This document shows, in pieces, positions 12,348-25,098 of a stretch of 64,000 nucleotides of DNA. Position 1 is the first letter of the stretch; every line of letters starts with the position of its first letter. The translations under genes and the position numbers were made by a program. Below the pieces are notes generated by a model. The model ran no database searches. It was not told the origin of the DNA and worked only from the letters and a program-made list of their open reading frames with translations. Source of the stretch: Octopus vulgaris (taxonomy: Eukaryota); contig OX597816.1 in NCBI GenBank assembly GCA_951406725.2, positions 146,754,001 through 146,818,000 of the forward strand. Reading direction: 5' to 3'.

Positions 12348-12590
12348 GGTTGTCATCATGCAAATAAAGGATACTAGAAAATGGACTCAAAAACGAAATT
12401 AGAATTGTAATGGGATGCTATTACAGAAGCGAAACTACGAAAATAGGATACCGAAGAAGAATACATAATATTTGGACCGAGATAGCAAAGACTTCTAGTC
12501 CGAACAAATTTAATCGTGAAAGGACGTTACTTATACAGAACACAAAGTAAAGAAAGAGGTAGACATAAATTATATACCTAGAAATTCTGC
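12348..12590 (+). mobile_element. N-terminal (Myb-like) fragment of an R4/Dong-clade ORF
   Basis: With one frameshift: MQIKDTRKWTQ/NEIRIVMGCYYRSETTKIGYRRRIHNIWTE, resembling the RxKWTxxExxxVMxCYYxS...GYRxRMxxIW start of R4-clade ORFs. Confidence 0.65.
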
Positions 12591-13203
12591 GAGGAGGGGA
12601 TCTGTCAATACTATCGCTCCAAGGACATGACTGGTATCTCCCATTATCGACCTCAGGGTGCTGTAAAATTTGGTAACAAAGAATATAATGAACCAGAGAA
12701 TATAACACGCGGTATATTTTCGAAGTAAAATCTTATCAGTTCATACATAAAAGAGAAATATATTTGCTACAAAACGTACTATAAGCGTGAAACAAGGTAA
12801 GAATATGATACAATAATTTTTTTAAATTTTGAGTATTTACTCGCTCAAAACAAAATAAATTGGCCTACGTAAAATGGAGAATGACGTTACTTATGTGGAA
12901 TAACATATTAAGGCCGCGTACCCCTCATACTCTACAACACTTTGCATAGTGAAACAGCCGAATTTGCCCTTGATCTATGCCGTAGTGTGAAGCAGGATGC
13001 TTTATAATCCTGCTGGGAGTGATCTTTTGGGGTTACACATAGATAGATGTATGTATATGTGTAAGTATATGCATATACGTGCGTGTGTGCGTGTGTGAGT
13101 GTGCGCATGTCTATATATATGTATGTATGTGTCTTTGTGTGTATGTATATGAGAGAGAGAGAGAGTACATTCTCCTGCCGATGTTGGCAAGTACATACAT
13201 ACG

Positions 13204-13271
<68 letters not shown>

Positions 13272-13789
13272 AGTACAACACGGCTCCAATGTTTACTGGA
13301 AATAGTAGTCGATAAATTTGCGACGCTATTGTAAAGCTTCACTGTATATCTCCTGGCAAAGACGTATGAGAGCGAACATAAAAAAAAAATTCGTTTTACT
13401 TCTAGGAAGAACATAAGATAAATGGACAACCCAGAATTGGATAATCTAGTAGTTCGGTTTAGGACTCTTCACATACGTTTGTTACCGTAAATTTGATTAG
13501 TCTTCTTCAATATTTACCTGCACAATATTTCAAATGTTGCATCATCAATGCCAGTATACTCACCTGAACGCCTAACCGTTAACAAAACCGAAAGCTGTAA
13601 CATAGATATAGATATATATATACACACAAATACATGCATAGATACATGCGTACATACATGCATACATACATACAGATGCACATACATACATACATACATA
13701 CATACATACGTAAATACATACATATAAACTATATGCATGACTGCGGAAATATAAGTGAGTTACGTGCTCGCTTGAACGGAAATTAATTG

Positions 13790-14000
13790 TTTCAAATTAT
13801 GGCAGAACGCCAGCCTTTTAAGCGGAAAGGAGTTAGTCAGTTACATCGACTCCACAACTTGACTTTTACCTTATTTTATCGATCCTGATAGGATGAAAGG
13901 CAGATTCGACCCTGACGGAATTTGAATTCAGCAACTGAAAAGGGAGAAAGGAATCATGCTAAGCATATTGCCCAGCGCACTAACGATTCGATCAGCAATA
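13790..14000 (-). mobile_element. tRNA-derived SINE family C (MetaSINE-like core), degenerate
   Basis: cttattttatcgatcctgataggatgaaaggcagattcgacc...ggaatttgaattcag...gctaagcat matches 14560-14700. Confidence 0.75.
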
Positions 14001-14467
14001 CGTCAGAATTTGAGTAGGTGTGATTATGCAATATTAAATTGTGCGGAAGCTATTCTACATTACTCACTTTACAATAACTATACCCGTTGGGGATATATAA
14101 TTGATACTTAATCACACTTGTCTCCAAATTAAAACGTTCGATTCTTGATATATGACTCCCAATTGTTAGCAAGATTGCGTTAAATTTTGCTGCATGACAT
14201 AAGTGATAAGTGCAATTTTCTATAGCTACTGGTGGCGAATGACCTGGCAATATGGAAATTGAACTGAACCCCGTCGTATGGATTGTATGAGTAATTGAAA
14301 GGCCATGTCTTGCCACATACTGTCACGCTGATTACTTCTAAGAAATATTGTTTAGTGATACACATATCATTGAATTACTCGGCTACTTACACGTTGATTC
14401 AACGAGCTTTGTAGCGAATTTATTGAAGCAAGTGAAAACTCATGTTTGAAAATTCCAACGGAGCTTC

Positions 14468-14703
14468 TTATTATTTCTTTACTGCCCACAAGGGGCTACA
14501 CACAGAGGGGACAAACAAGGACAGACAAACGGATTAAGTCGATTATATCGACCCTAGTGCGTAACTGGTACTTATTTAATCGGCCCCGAAAGAATAAAAG
14601 GCAAAGTCGTCCTCGGCGGAATTTGAACTTAGAACGTAGCGGCAGACGAAATACTGCTAAGCATTTCGCTCGGCGTGCTAACGTTTCTGCCAGCTCACCG
14701 CCT
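14468..14703 (-). mobile_element. tRNA-derived SINE family C (MetaSINE-like core), full length
   Basis: Minus strand: aggcggtgagctggcagaaacgttagc...aagttcaaattccgccg (B-box) ...gccttttattctttcggggccgattaaataagtaccagtt (Meta-domain-like). A closely related copy lies at 63462-63693. Confidence 0.85.
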
Positions 14704-15888
14704 TTATAGAAAGAAGCTCCAACCGAGCTTCTTTCGATATATATAGTCCTACAGTCCAGCAGAAGATGCCGTCCAATAGCTTTGAACTTGAAAATACGTG
14801 AATGCCAATTGCATGTGAAACTATTCGGGAGAGCTTTACTGAATTCCTTCGGGTTTTTCCTGAATAACGCATTTTCAAATACACTACATCTCAGTGTATA
14901 ACAATAGCAAATATTGATTCTGATGCATATGTGTGCGAATGATGTTTGTTATTAAGGAAATTGTTATTTAATGCTCAAAAATTTTAGCTTCCTGTGATCT
15001 TTTTCTTCATGAATATTGTGTTCGTTATACCTTTGTATTTAACCGTACATATCTCATAGAGGGTATTACATTCATAATCAATGACATCCAATATATACAA
15101 CAATAAGATGCAACCAGGGCGGGGCTTGTGAGAGCAAATGGTTATTCTCACAAGATTGCATTGCGTTTCGCAGCAAAAACATGTCGTTTTGAAAACACCA
15201 GTCACTAAATCTTCTTTGAAGCTTTGAATCCAATAATATCTTCAAAGTGCTAACGGGTATTCTGGCTCGACGCATATCGTATATTCCTTATCTATCTTTT
15301 AAACTATCTTCTACATTTCCAACTCATATAAACTTTAACCCAGAATTTATTCCGCTTCAGAGAACAGAAATTTCTTTCTCTATTTCTCTTTTACTGGAAA
15401 TCAATTTTTTTTGTCGCTTCCCCTCCCATCTATATTTTTCGATGAATGAATGTTTCAAAGTCATATTATATGTTACATTATTCTATGATAGCTTAACATC
15501 TGCAATGATATGATTATCCTTATTTCTGCACTGCAATAAGATTACTGGAATAGGAATAAATCCAAAAGGAAAAGAATGAATCTCCGATTATTCAAATATG
15601 CTGTAGGACCAAAGGAAATGAGTCAGATATAATATATAAATTTATGCGCGTGTGTATTTAAACTTATCAGTCTTGGTGTAGTGCTGTTACTGAATGTGTT
15701 TATCGTAAGAAAATCGATGTGTGAATTTTCTTTCTCTTTCTCTCTTTCCTCTCTATTTCTCTACCTCTCCTTCCCTCTCTAACTCTCTCCCTTCCCTCCT
15801 CCCTGTTTCACTGGTTATATATATGTGTGTGTGTGTGTGTGTGTATGTATGACACCATGATACTTATATGTATCTAAATGTATATGAG

Positions 15889-15932
<44 letters not shown>

Positions 15933-16091
15933 TGTGTGAAATGCAGAAAAGTGTGTGCGTGTCTAGATAGATAGATAGATAGATAGGTAGATAGATAGGT
16001 AGATAGATATACAGATAGATAGGTAGATAGACACATACATACATACATAATGATGCTGATACGTATAAAAAAAAAATATATACACATACAT

Positions 16092-16092
16092 A

Positions 16093-16163
<71 letters not shown>
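16092..16163 (+). repeat. (TAG)n microsatellite at the 3' end of the adjacent minus-strand R4/Dong element
   Basis: Perfect tag repeats. Confidence 0.95.
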
Positions 16164-16174
16164 TCATCGTCACT

Positions 16175-17905
16175 ATTATTATACATATACAGACAACAGA
16201 TTAGACTGTTGGAAAAGAAAAACTCCTAACGTCGGGCCACAACAAGTAACCTTAGATGTCAAGAACCCTCCTAATTATCCTAGCTGTCCCTAATAACACA
16301 GTTTTGTGGAGCTTTACTAAACTGGGTTTTATTTCCGCTATCCAACTGTTCATTGGATAGTTCCCAATGAGAACTAACTAATGGCATACACTTTACCAAC
16401 ATTTTCCATAAACTCTGTAATTCAATGGCTAGGTCCTGCTACTTTGTTATTTTTCTATAACTTTCATATTGATTTTGTCATCATTTGGCACTGTAAAGTC
16501 AATGATCAGGCACTTTCTAATCTTTTTATCTACTACTTCTAAATCAGGCCTTCTAGCTCCTATTACTCTGTCAGTCTGTATGTCGTACACCATCTTGTAT
16601 TTCGTACTTTCTAGTATTTTAGTAGGTTCTTATTCATACTTTTTATCAGTATGTTCATATCCTAGCTTTCTACATAACTCCCAGTGAATTGCTCTCCTTA
16701 AGATGTCATGTCTTTTCTTATAATCTTACTGTGCCAGCATACTACATTCACTTGCTATACACTTTCCTCATTTGTTTTGCATAACCTCTAATGAGAATTT
16801 AATTGATTTTAATTCATCTTGGCTTTTATCCAATTAATAATTAATACTTGATATTATGCTGCTATTAACAAACTTTCTGTCTCTCTCTTCAGCCCTCTTT
16901 TCTGCAACCATAAACATGTCTCAGTACTATTATTTGCTGCAACTATCTATGGGAATCTACCATACAACGCCTTTTCCTACCAGCCAGATAACTTCTGTTC
17001 TTTTTTCTGGTTTTTAAGTTCGTTTGGTCTTTTGGTTTCCCAATGTCTTGCTGTGACTCGAGCAACTTCTAATAAACTTTCTTCACCATTACCTACATAG
17101 GAGTCTATATCTACTATAGCTAGCTCCACGCAGTCTTCTACTGATATTAATCTACTTCCGCCTTCCTTTCTAAGTAAGTATAAACTTGCTACTCCTGCCC
17201 TTGTGAGGAGCCTTCCATTTATATTCAATTCCTACTTCGTTCTTCTGTCTAGCTTTGCTAATTCAGTTTTTATCCAATCTACTAAAGCTGTTCAGTATCT
17301 AATTAACGTCACTGCCCAAGTATTACAGCCTTCACTAGAATCAGACCATTTAGCTTTGACTTTATTAGTATCCTTAACCTTCTGATGTACTACTTTTTAA
17401 TTTTCGTTTTCATTTCTATAGTTAGTACTCTGTCAGATTCTAATACACCTAGATGCATATAACTCTCTCCTCCTTTCAATGATTTTAATGCCTGGCCATA
17501 TGGTAACTGTTCAATACCTGTCTCCTTCTGGTGGCTAATATTGTACATTTATCTATGCCAAATTCCATGCCTATATCTTCGCTGAAGAGTCTTACAGTCT
17601 GTATAAAGAAATCTATCTCCTTTTAATTTTTTACTAAATGCTTCAGACCATCCATGTACAGCAATTTTTATTTTTTCCCTTACAATTTCTGAACTGATAC
17701 GCTACCTTTGCTTCCCTTAATACTAATCTGAGGGGGATCACACATAAGACAAATATTAGAAGGAAAACTAGTCCCCGTGGAAAATTTCTCTTTTCTTATT
17801 AAGCTTCCCTAAAACTGTGTCACGTGAGTACAGATTTACTTTCAATTTCTTCATACTAAAATTAATTAATTCTCTTATGTTGTTTGCTATACTGAATATA
17901 CTCAA
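16175..17905 (-). mobile_element. Degenerate R4/Dong-clade RLE LINE (RT to C-terminus)
   Basis: Minus strand: IFHGD..., IPLRLVLREAKVAYQF, LLYMDGLK, TVRLFSEDIGMEFGIDKC, LYLLRKEGGSRLISVEDCV, and C-terminal LHKTVLLGTARIIRRVLDI*. The 3' UTR runs into taataa/(TAC)n. Confidence 0.9.
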
Positions 17906-18276
17906 ACACACACACACAAATTCACATATGTACATTCATGAATATACATTCACATAGATACGTGCATTGTATATAGACTCGCAGGGATATCCACACACTA
18001 ATGCGAACAAGCGCGTGTATAAGTGTATCTGCGAGTCTTGTGTGTGAATTTGTGGCAACTTGTAATTTAATGATGACGTATATGTTTGTTCGAAGCATAA
18101 ACATGAAAACTAGAAAAGAAAACTGACACAAAATATGTACAGATTCTGGTATATATAATGGCTCTAGGATTCATTCACCAAAATATACAACCAAAATCTA
18201 TACAGACGCACATACGCACAAACAAACGCAGACACGCGAGCACACAGATACACACATACACACACAGATGTATGTG

Positions 18277-18309
<33 letters not shown>

Positions 18310-18443
18310 TTTTGTGTGTGTACGTGCATGTGTGTGTATGTGTGTTTGTGTGTGTGTGTGTACACGGAAATATTCCAAAGCTAATTTTGCTTTCAACATA
18401 CATATACATCAATGAGTATATTATATATGAATGTGTGTAGGTG

Positions 18444-18516
<73 letters not shown>

Positions 18517-18609
18517 TAGTTATATATATATTTATATATACACACATATATATATATATAAATTTATATATATACGAATATATATTAGTTATGTATATCA
18601 ATATATATA

Positions 18610-18660
<51 letters not shown>

Positions 18661-18940
18661 ATATATGTATGTATATCCGTATATTGAAGGCAAAATAGCT
18701 TCAGAATATTTTCATATTTTAACAAGTTAAGAAAAGATTGATGAAGAATGTTATAAGCCTCTTGGCTGTCTGCACTGAATATACATCTATCCAACTGAGG
18801 TAAAGTAAAAGCCAGTCTAAAGATAATACATGAGCTATATGCAGCTCATTATATTACACATTCTTAAATATACATACAAATATATACGCACAATCGATAT
18901 AAGCCACATGTACATAAGCCCATATATGTATGTATATATA

Positions 18941-18978
<38 letters not shown>

Positions 18979-19637
18979 TATGTATATTTAAGTGTATTGC
19001 CTCTCTATATATGCAGGTATTGAGCTACATATCTATGTACTCTCTAGAAAGCACCGTCGAATAACGTGGTAGCATTTGGTACCGACTCCAAACGATAGTG
19101 GCGGACATTCTCAAGAAAGAAGAAAACACTAGTTTTGACATATCATTAAAGGAAAATAATTTATATTCTGGAAATAAAAGGACAATTGTTGACATGTTTC
19201 TCCTTCAATAATTTTCACCATCGCTGCAAATACCCTGCATTTCCTCCAACTGAGGACTTATGTAGAATGCATATACAGAAGGACTATGTAGAAAACACAC
19301 ACTGTGCTATGTTGTCCTTTAATGACTTTCAACATAGAAGAAAGAAATAATGAGGGAACTGGAATATTTTTGAGTAAGAACAATATATGGATGCACACAC
19401 ACACAAATACACGCACGCTCTACGTTCATATATGTGTGTGTGTGTGTGTGTGCGTGCGTGTGAGCAATCTTGCCTGTTTTGCTTGTGTGTGCGTGTATAT
19501 ATATATATGTATATATACACACATATATATTTATATATACATACATATATATATTTATATTTATACATATACATTCACTTATATATATATATATATATAC
19601 GTCTATATATGTATATATATATCTATGTATATATATT

Positions 19638-19908
19638 GGGACTCCCTTCGGTCACGACACTGACCATGGAATTGCACCTAGAAAGTTACCCTCCTAGTCA
19701 CAAGTCTGAGCAAGGTAGTTTATGGAAGACCAGCAGTCGCCAATGTATACCGGCCTCCCCTCTCAACGCCACCAGTGTTATCCAAGGGAAAGGCAACAGC
19801 CAATACAGCTTGGCACCCGTGACGTCGCAACTCATTTCTACAGCTGAGTTAACTGGTGCAACGTGAAATAAAATCTCTTGCTTAAGAACACAACACGCAA
19901 CCCGGTCC
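19638..19908 (-). mobile_element. SINE family D (5'-truncated)
   Basis: Minus strand ggaccgggttgcgtgttgtgttcttaagcaagagattttatttcacgttgcaccagttaactcagctg is homologous to 54945-55010. Confidence 0.65.
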
Positions 19909-19909
19909 G

Positions 19910-20065
19910 TGCTTACGTCTGCGTTCAAATTCCATTGAGGTTGACTTTTGCCATTCAACCTTATGAGAGCGATAAAATACTTACCAGTTGAGCATTGTGA
20001 TTGGTATAATCAACTAGTCTAGTCCCACCGAAATTTCAGATCTTGTGCCTATATTAGAAATGTTT
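19910..20065 (+). mobile_element. SINE family C, degenerate
   Basis: gttcaaattccattgaggttgacttttgccattcaacc...gataaaatacttaccagttgagcattg...cttgtgcctata. Confidence 0.7.
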
Positions 20066-21207
20066 ATTTGTTGAGACTAGAAAGGAGAACTTGTTCTTTG
20101 CAGGATCTGTGTGCTCGGTGTGTTTGATATACTTCTTAATCATTTACAGGTTAACAAGTGCAAGAAGGATATCAGCCATAGGATGTTAAAATTTCAGTTT
20201 CCCAGTACCTAGGGAGATGATTTTTGAGCATACTTGTCAATACGGGATGAGATATTTGGGCGCAACCAGATTATTTCAATTTCACGTGCACTTCAATGAG
20301 ATTCCTAATGGTTTTGGTTTTCTAAGAAGCCTACAATTCGTTTTCACCGTCTCCTTTAAGGACAACAGTTAAATTTTGTCGCAATGTTGCAATTCATTGA
20401 ACATTTTCCTGTAAATAAATATCCTTTGGGAAAATTATTTGCAAGAAGCCTTGTGGAACACAAGGATTTTAACATGAAAATTACCATCTGAATCACTTTG
20501 TGGAATATCAAGTTTAAGATGACACGCTACTTTCAATTACTTACAAGTACTATCATTACAATGTCCTAAACAGAAACCTGTATATACATCTATAATAATA
20601 AGAAAAAATACTTTGTCAGTAGTTTTAGCAGAAAATCTAATATATTCTACATACAAATATAACTTTAGCGCACATTGTTATAATGCGGCGTTGAGAAAAT
20701 ATCGATTAAAGAATAACTGAAATATATAAAAAGAAAGATGCGAAATATCAACACAATATTTCATATAAGCGTCCAACATAAGTAGAAACTTCCTAGAAAT
20801 GAGAAAAAATTATTTGTCATCAATAACAGTTAGACAGGATGCTTAATCAATGACATAAAGGAAACTAAGTTATATCTGAACGAAAAATTGATAAATCGAG
20901 CTAACTGAAATAACTCTGAAGACACTGACAGGTTCACCCTACCACACACACACACACACACACATACACGCCCTCGCGCGCACATACACGCATACATGCA
21001 CGTACAAACACGCACTTACAAAGACGCAAAACCACAAAATGCGCTGAAGTGGTACTAGCCTTACATTAGTATCTTCGACAGTTTGTTAGGAACAGCCTGT
21101 AATTCTCTCCACTTTGTTATATCTAGAATGTACATACATACATACATACATACATACATACATACATACATACATACATACATACATACATACATACATA
21201 CATACAT

Positions 21208-21552
21208 ACTTGCTCACAACATCATAAGCGGAAAGTGTAACCTCTCGAAAGAGCTGTTCTTCACTCCTGCTCCAGAGCGTCGGCTGCGGGGTCATTCCGA
21301 AAAGCTCTATCTGCGACGATTTCGTCTCATTCGAAGGAGAGGGGCTTTCTCCGTCCGGGTTGCGGATCCGTGGAATAAGCTGCCAGACCAGATGGTGAAG
21401 ATGCCGACGACCGCTCGGTTCAAAGTCTCCCTTGACCACAAGTGGCCTGAACTCTTTACATGAACACCACCCTGAACATAACTCCATGTCCCCCTACATG
21501 GCCTTGCTTTTTGCATTTTGAGCCAAAAAATTTAACTAACTAACTAACTAAC
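21208..21552 (+). mobile_element. Young-looking CR1-clade LINE 3' end with (TAAC)n tail, inserted in (TACA)n
   Basis: Open frame LAHNIISGKCNLSKELFFTPAPERRLRGHSEKL...FSVRVADPWNKLP...FKVSLDHKWPELFT* (CR1 RGHxxKL/FSxRVxxxWNxLP motifs), then a short UTR and taactaactaactaac. Confidence 0.9.
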
Positions 21553-21610
21553 ATACATACATATATACATGCATACATACATACATACATACATACATAC
21601 ATACATACAT

Positions 21611-21648
<38 letters not shown>

Positions 21649-21652
21649 GCCG

Positions 21653-21836
21653 TACAAGAGAGTGCTGAAAATTTCCAGGCATTGTTTAAAAGCATGTTCC
21701 CCTCTCAGATTCACATGCTTATTGAAGGGGACCTTCTGTTTTACTAAGCCCAGTAAAAGAAGTCGAAAGTTTGGGCTTCCAACCAAACCTTTCGTAATGC
21801 CCGTAAAGCCAGGGACATTTCAGCACACCCTCCGCA
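21653..21836. mobile_element. Mariner-type MITE
   Basis: Degenerate TIRs: tacaagagagtgctgaaaatttccaggc versus the right end read in reverse, tgcggagggtgtgctgaaatgtccctggc. Confidence 0.6.
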
Positions 21837-21857
21837 AATGTATATATATATATATAA

Positions 21858-22065
21858 AGTTAATCCAAACAAGAAAACACAGAAAAAAACACAGCAACGC
21901 GAGGACGTGGAACAATTAAAGTATTATTTGACGCTCAGGAAAGAATGGAAGGAGGGTTTAACGTTTCGAACGGAGCTCTTCGTCGGAAACAAAGGAGAAG
22001 GAAAGATCCCGAGAAGGGAAGACAGAGGAAAAAATATTTTTGCTGGTGGTGCTCAAGAGATCACA
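21858..22065 (-). mobile_element. Penelope-like pLTR-type fragment between (TA)n tracts
   Basis: A unique ~200-bp segment bounded by (TA)n on both sides and containing a hammerhead motif. Confidence 0.6.
21956..21990 (-). ncRNA. Minimal type-I hammerhead ribozyme motif
   Basis: Minus strand GUUU-CCGACGA-A-GAGC-UCC-GUUC-GAAA-CG-UU-AAAC. Helix I is GUUU/AAAC, helix II is GAGC/GUUC, helix III is the palindrome ACGU, and the site is GUU. U4C core variant. Confidence 0.7.
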
Positions 22066-22092
22066 CATATATATATATATATATATATATAC

Positions 22093-22281
22093 TCAAAATA
22101 AGCAACAAGAATGACTCCGGTAATTTGGTACGATAGAAACGATCGTACCAAATTATCGGAGACATTCTTGTTACTTATTTTGATTATAATCACCCCAAGG
22201 ATTTTTATGGATAACACCATACAAAATTCTGGTGCATCTAAATTAAGTACCATATTCATTTGAATATAAATTCTTGCTGAA

Positions 22282-22283
<2 letters not shown>
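22093..22283. mobile_element. Fold-back element (42-bp arms, 22093-22183) with one-sided extension, putative PLE derivative
   Basis: tcaaaataagcaacaagaatgactccggtaatttggtacgat / atcgtaccaaattatcggagacattcttgttacttattttga. Flanked by (TA)n. Confidence 0.6.
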
Positions 22284-22329
<46 letters not shown>

Positions 22330-22340
<11 letters not shown>

Positions 22341-22706
22341 GGCAGTTTGTCTGTGCGTGTTTCTGTGTGTCTGTTTGCTTGTACCCTCACCCTGACCACG
22401 GCTTTCAACCGATTCTGATGAAACTTGACACACATATAGCCCAATGTCATAATTCAAAACTAACGCAGCGAAAATTTTGAAAAATTCCTCCAGTTCTGAA
22501 AAAGAACGATAAATTCGACATGGGGTCGAGAATCAGGAATACGAACCACAAACTGTCTAGGGGATGCAACTCCACCTTTTTTAAATCTCAAAAAAAATTT
22601 ACCATCATTTTTTTCCATTTTTTTGCTATTTTTTGGCTATAACTCTCTAAAATGCTATATAGTTATTTCCCTTACAAACCTGAGCAACGCCGGGCGATAC
22701 TGCTAG
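22330..22706 (+). mobile_element. Non-autonomous Helitron
   Basis: 5' tatataaacggcagtttgtctgtg...ccgattctgatgaaacttgac. 3' GC hairpin cctgagcaacgccggg followed by CTAG|T. The 3' ~130 bp is shared with 43460-43591. Confidence 0.75.
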
Positions 22707-22804
22707 TATATATATATATTTATATATATATGCATATATACATACGTACTTACACACACACACATGCATGCATACATACATATATACATACATACATACA
22801 TACA

Positions 22805-22837
<33 letters not shown>

Positions 22838-24234
22838 GTGTGTGTGTATGTATGTATGTTCCTATGTATGTATACAATTTAAATGGTATAAGTGTGAAAG
22901 AATACCTTCACTACTTCACATTTGTAAGAGGTTGTTACATTTAAACAGTGGACACTCAGCGTCTTCGAGATGGAGATTTTGTTTTAAACAGATGTATTGC
23001 TATTTGCTTTATGACAAAAGTTTGATTGGATAAAATATTACATTTTATTACCATTTATTCAATTAATCCTCCATCGATGAAAATGAAACCTTAAATGAAG
23101 CCGAAAGCCCCAACATTTAATTCTGAAATATAATATTACATTTCTGCTGGTCCGAACACACATTCACCATTTGTTTCATTATTGAAGTCAGTATTTTATG
23201 TTTCAAATCTGTTAAATTTTGTTTGGGTTGTTCTCAAAACTATCTATTTATAGCAATCAGTTAATCTTCCTCTTACGTTTCCAAAGCTTTTATCGGGAAT
23301 TTATGTATATAATGAGCCATTAATTTTATGTTTTTCTATTTTTAATTAATTTCTACCAAAAGAATCACACCAAGTTTTATTATTCATAACAATAATGTTG
23401 ACAGGGGTTTTGGCATCGGTTTGTATATAATTGATATGATTATGTGTAAACAGAGTGCCTGTTCACCCTCCTGTACACATTGGTGTCATATATCAGTGAC
23501 CGAACTGCCCAATTTCACATATGGCGCCGACTGTGTTTCTTCTCACATTTGATTTTAATCTCTCGGAATTTTATCTAATGCACGCAAGTTTTACGAAGTG
23601 GTTATATAATATCCAATTGATTTTTGTTAAAACGCAGCATTAAATGATTCAGATTTCCCCATTCACACGCAAATACTTCAGTCACTAATCCAAGGTAGAA
23701 CATAGAGGAAATAAACTTCAGAGGTCTTCTCAAACGGATGTTTTCACAAACTTCATTGAAAATAATGTTTGTTGTTTTCATTTTAACTCCCTAGATGATG
23801 GCAGTATCGTTAAATCCTTTCCTTTTTATCTATCCATACTTAACTTCCGTATTTCCCAAAACTTACCGAGCCGTAAAACTTTCACTCATTCAAACTTATC
23901 CATGTGGCAAAATAGATAGCAACACCGACAGAATATTAAAAAGAAATGGCAACAGCAAATCAAAAAGTGAAGCCTGATCTAACATTTCACCTACTTCTGG
24001 CGAAATTCCTCGTTATGTGTCTTTTGCGTGTGTGTTAGTCAAGTATATTGTGCTATAAAACTTTGGTAAATCACGTTCTCATATGAAATACATAGTTATT
24101 GACAAACAAGTATATTTCAACAATAGATGATATTCAATGTGAATTGTGCTGCATACCATAGTAAGAAAGTACACATACACACACACACACACACGTACGC
24201 ACACACGCGCACGCACACACATATACACACACAC

Positions 24235-24305
<71 letters not shown>

Positions 24306-24310
24306 TGTAT

Positions 24311-24472
24311 ACATCGAAAAATAACCCAGGTTTGGAATTTCCCCAAGACACCTGATGAAGGCGGGAAGGTATATCTGCCAAAACGTTGTCTTAACAAAAA
24401 ATAAGATGATGCCAAATATCCATGAAATATAAATAATGTACATAATTCTTCATCTCTTAAATATGGAACAGT
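24311..24472 (+). mobile_element. Penelope-like pLTR fragment with a degenerate hammerhead (24347-24392)
   Basis: gacac-CTGATGA-a-ggcggg..tctgcc-AAAA-CG-TT-gtc (G12 to A). Its flanks match the PLE fragment at 32966-33025 on the minus strand. It follows a (TA)n tract. Confidence 0.7.
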
Positions 24473-24995
24473 ATTGCAGAATGAGTTATTTACATTGAGA
24501 TAACACGTAAAAACACTGAAAATTATATCGTTGACAGAGAGGAAGTATCTGCTACGTTTGTCGGAAGTTCCCGGTCACGTGATTTGACCTTGCACAGTGG
24601 TACACATCCAGCGTCTCGATGACAAAGGAATCTCTCGTCAAACATAAATGGAATCTAAGTGTCTATTCCGGCACGGATATTACAATTAGCCAAAACATCG
24701 AGAAAAGCAGTGTTAATACCAAAAAATAATCTTGATCTCCACATTTACTTGAAATTTCTGTTAGAACACAGAATATTGCATTCCTACCGTGTGAGGAACT
24801 TGCATATGACTCATGATAAAAACACTCGAAATTGTATCGTCGAGTACGGCAATCGAAATAATGTTTTAATAAGCCGACTGCCTCTTTCTCTCTCTATAAG
24901 TCTCTTTCCCTCTCTTTCTTTCTGTATACATGCATAATACATACATACATACATACATACATACATACATACATACATACACATACATACATGCA

Positions 24996-25098
<103 letters not shown>

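Noticed and set aside
11782-12402. 206-aa poly-K/R ORF and antisense poly-L/S/F ORFs
   Set aside because: These are translations of the (GAA)n microsatellite, with no coding signal apart from the R4 remnant at the end.
20589-21058. Possible Helitron (A|TCTATAATAATAAG ... CTAG)
   Set aside because: The 3' hairpin is weak, CTAG is followed by C rather than T, and there is no second copy in the window.
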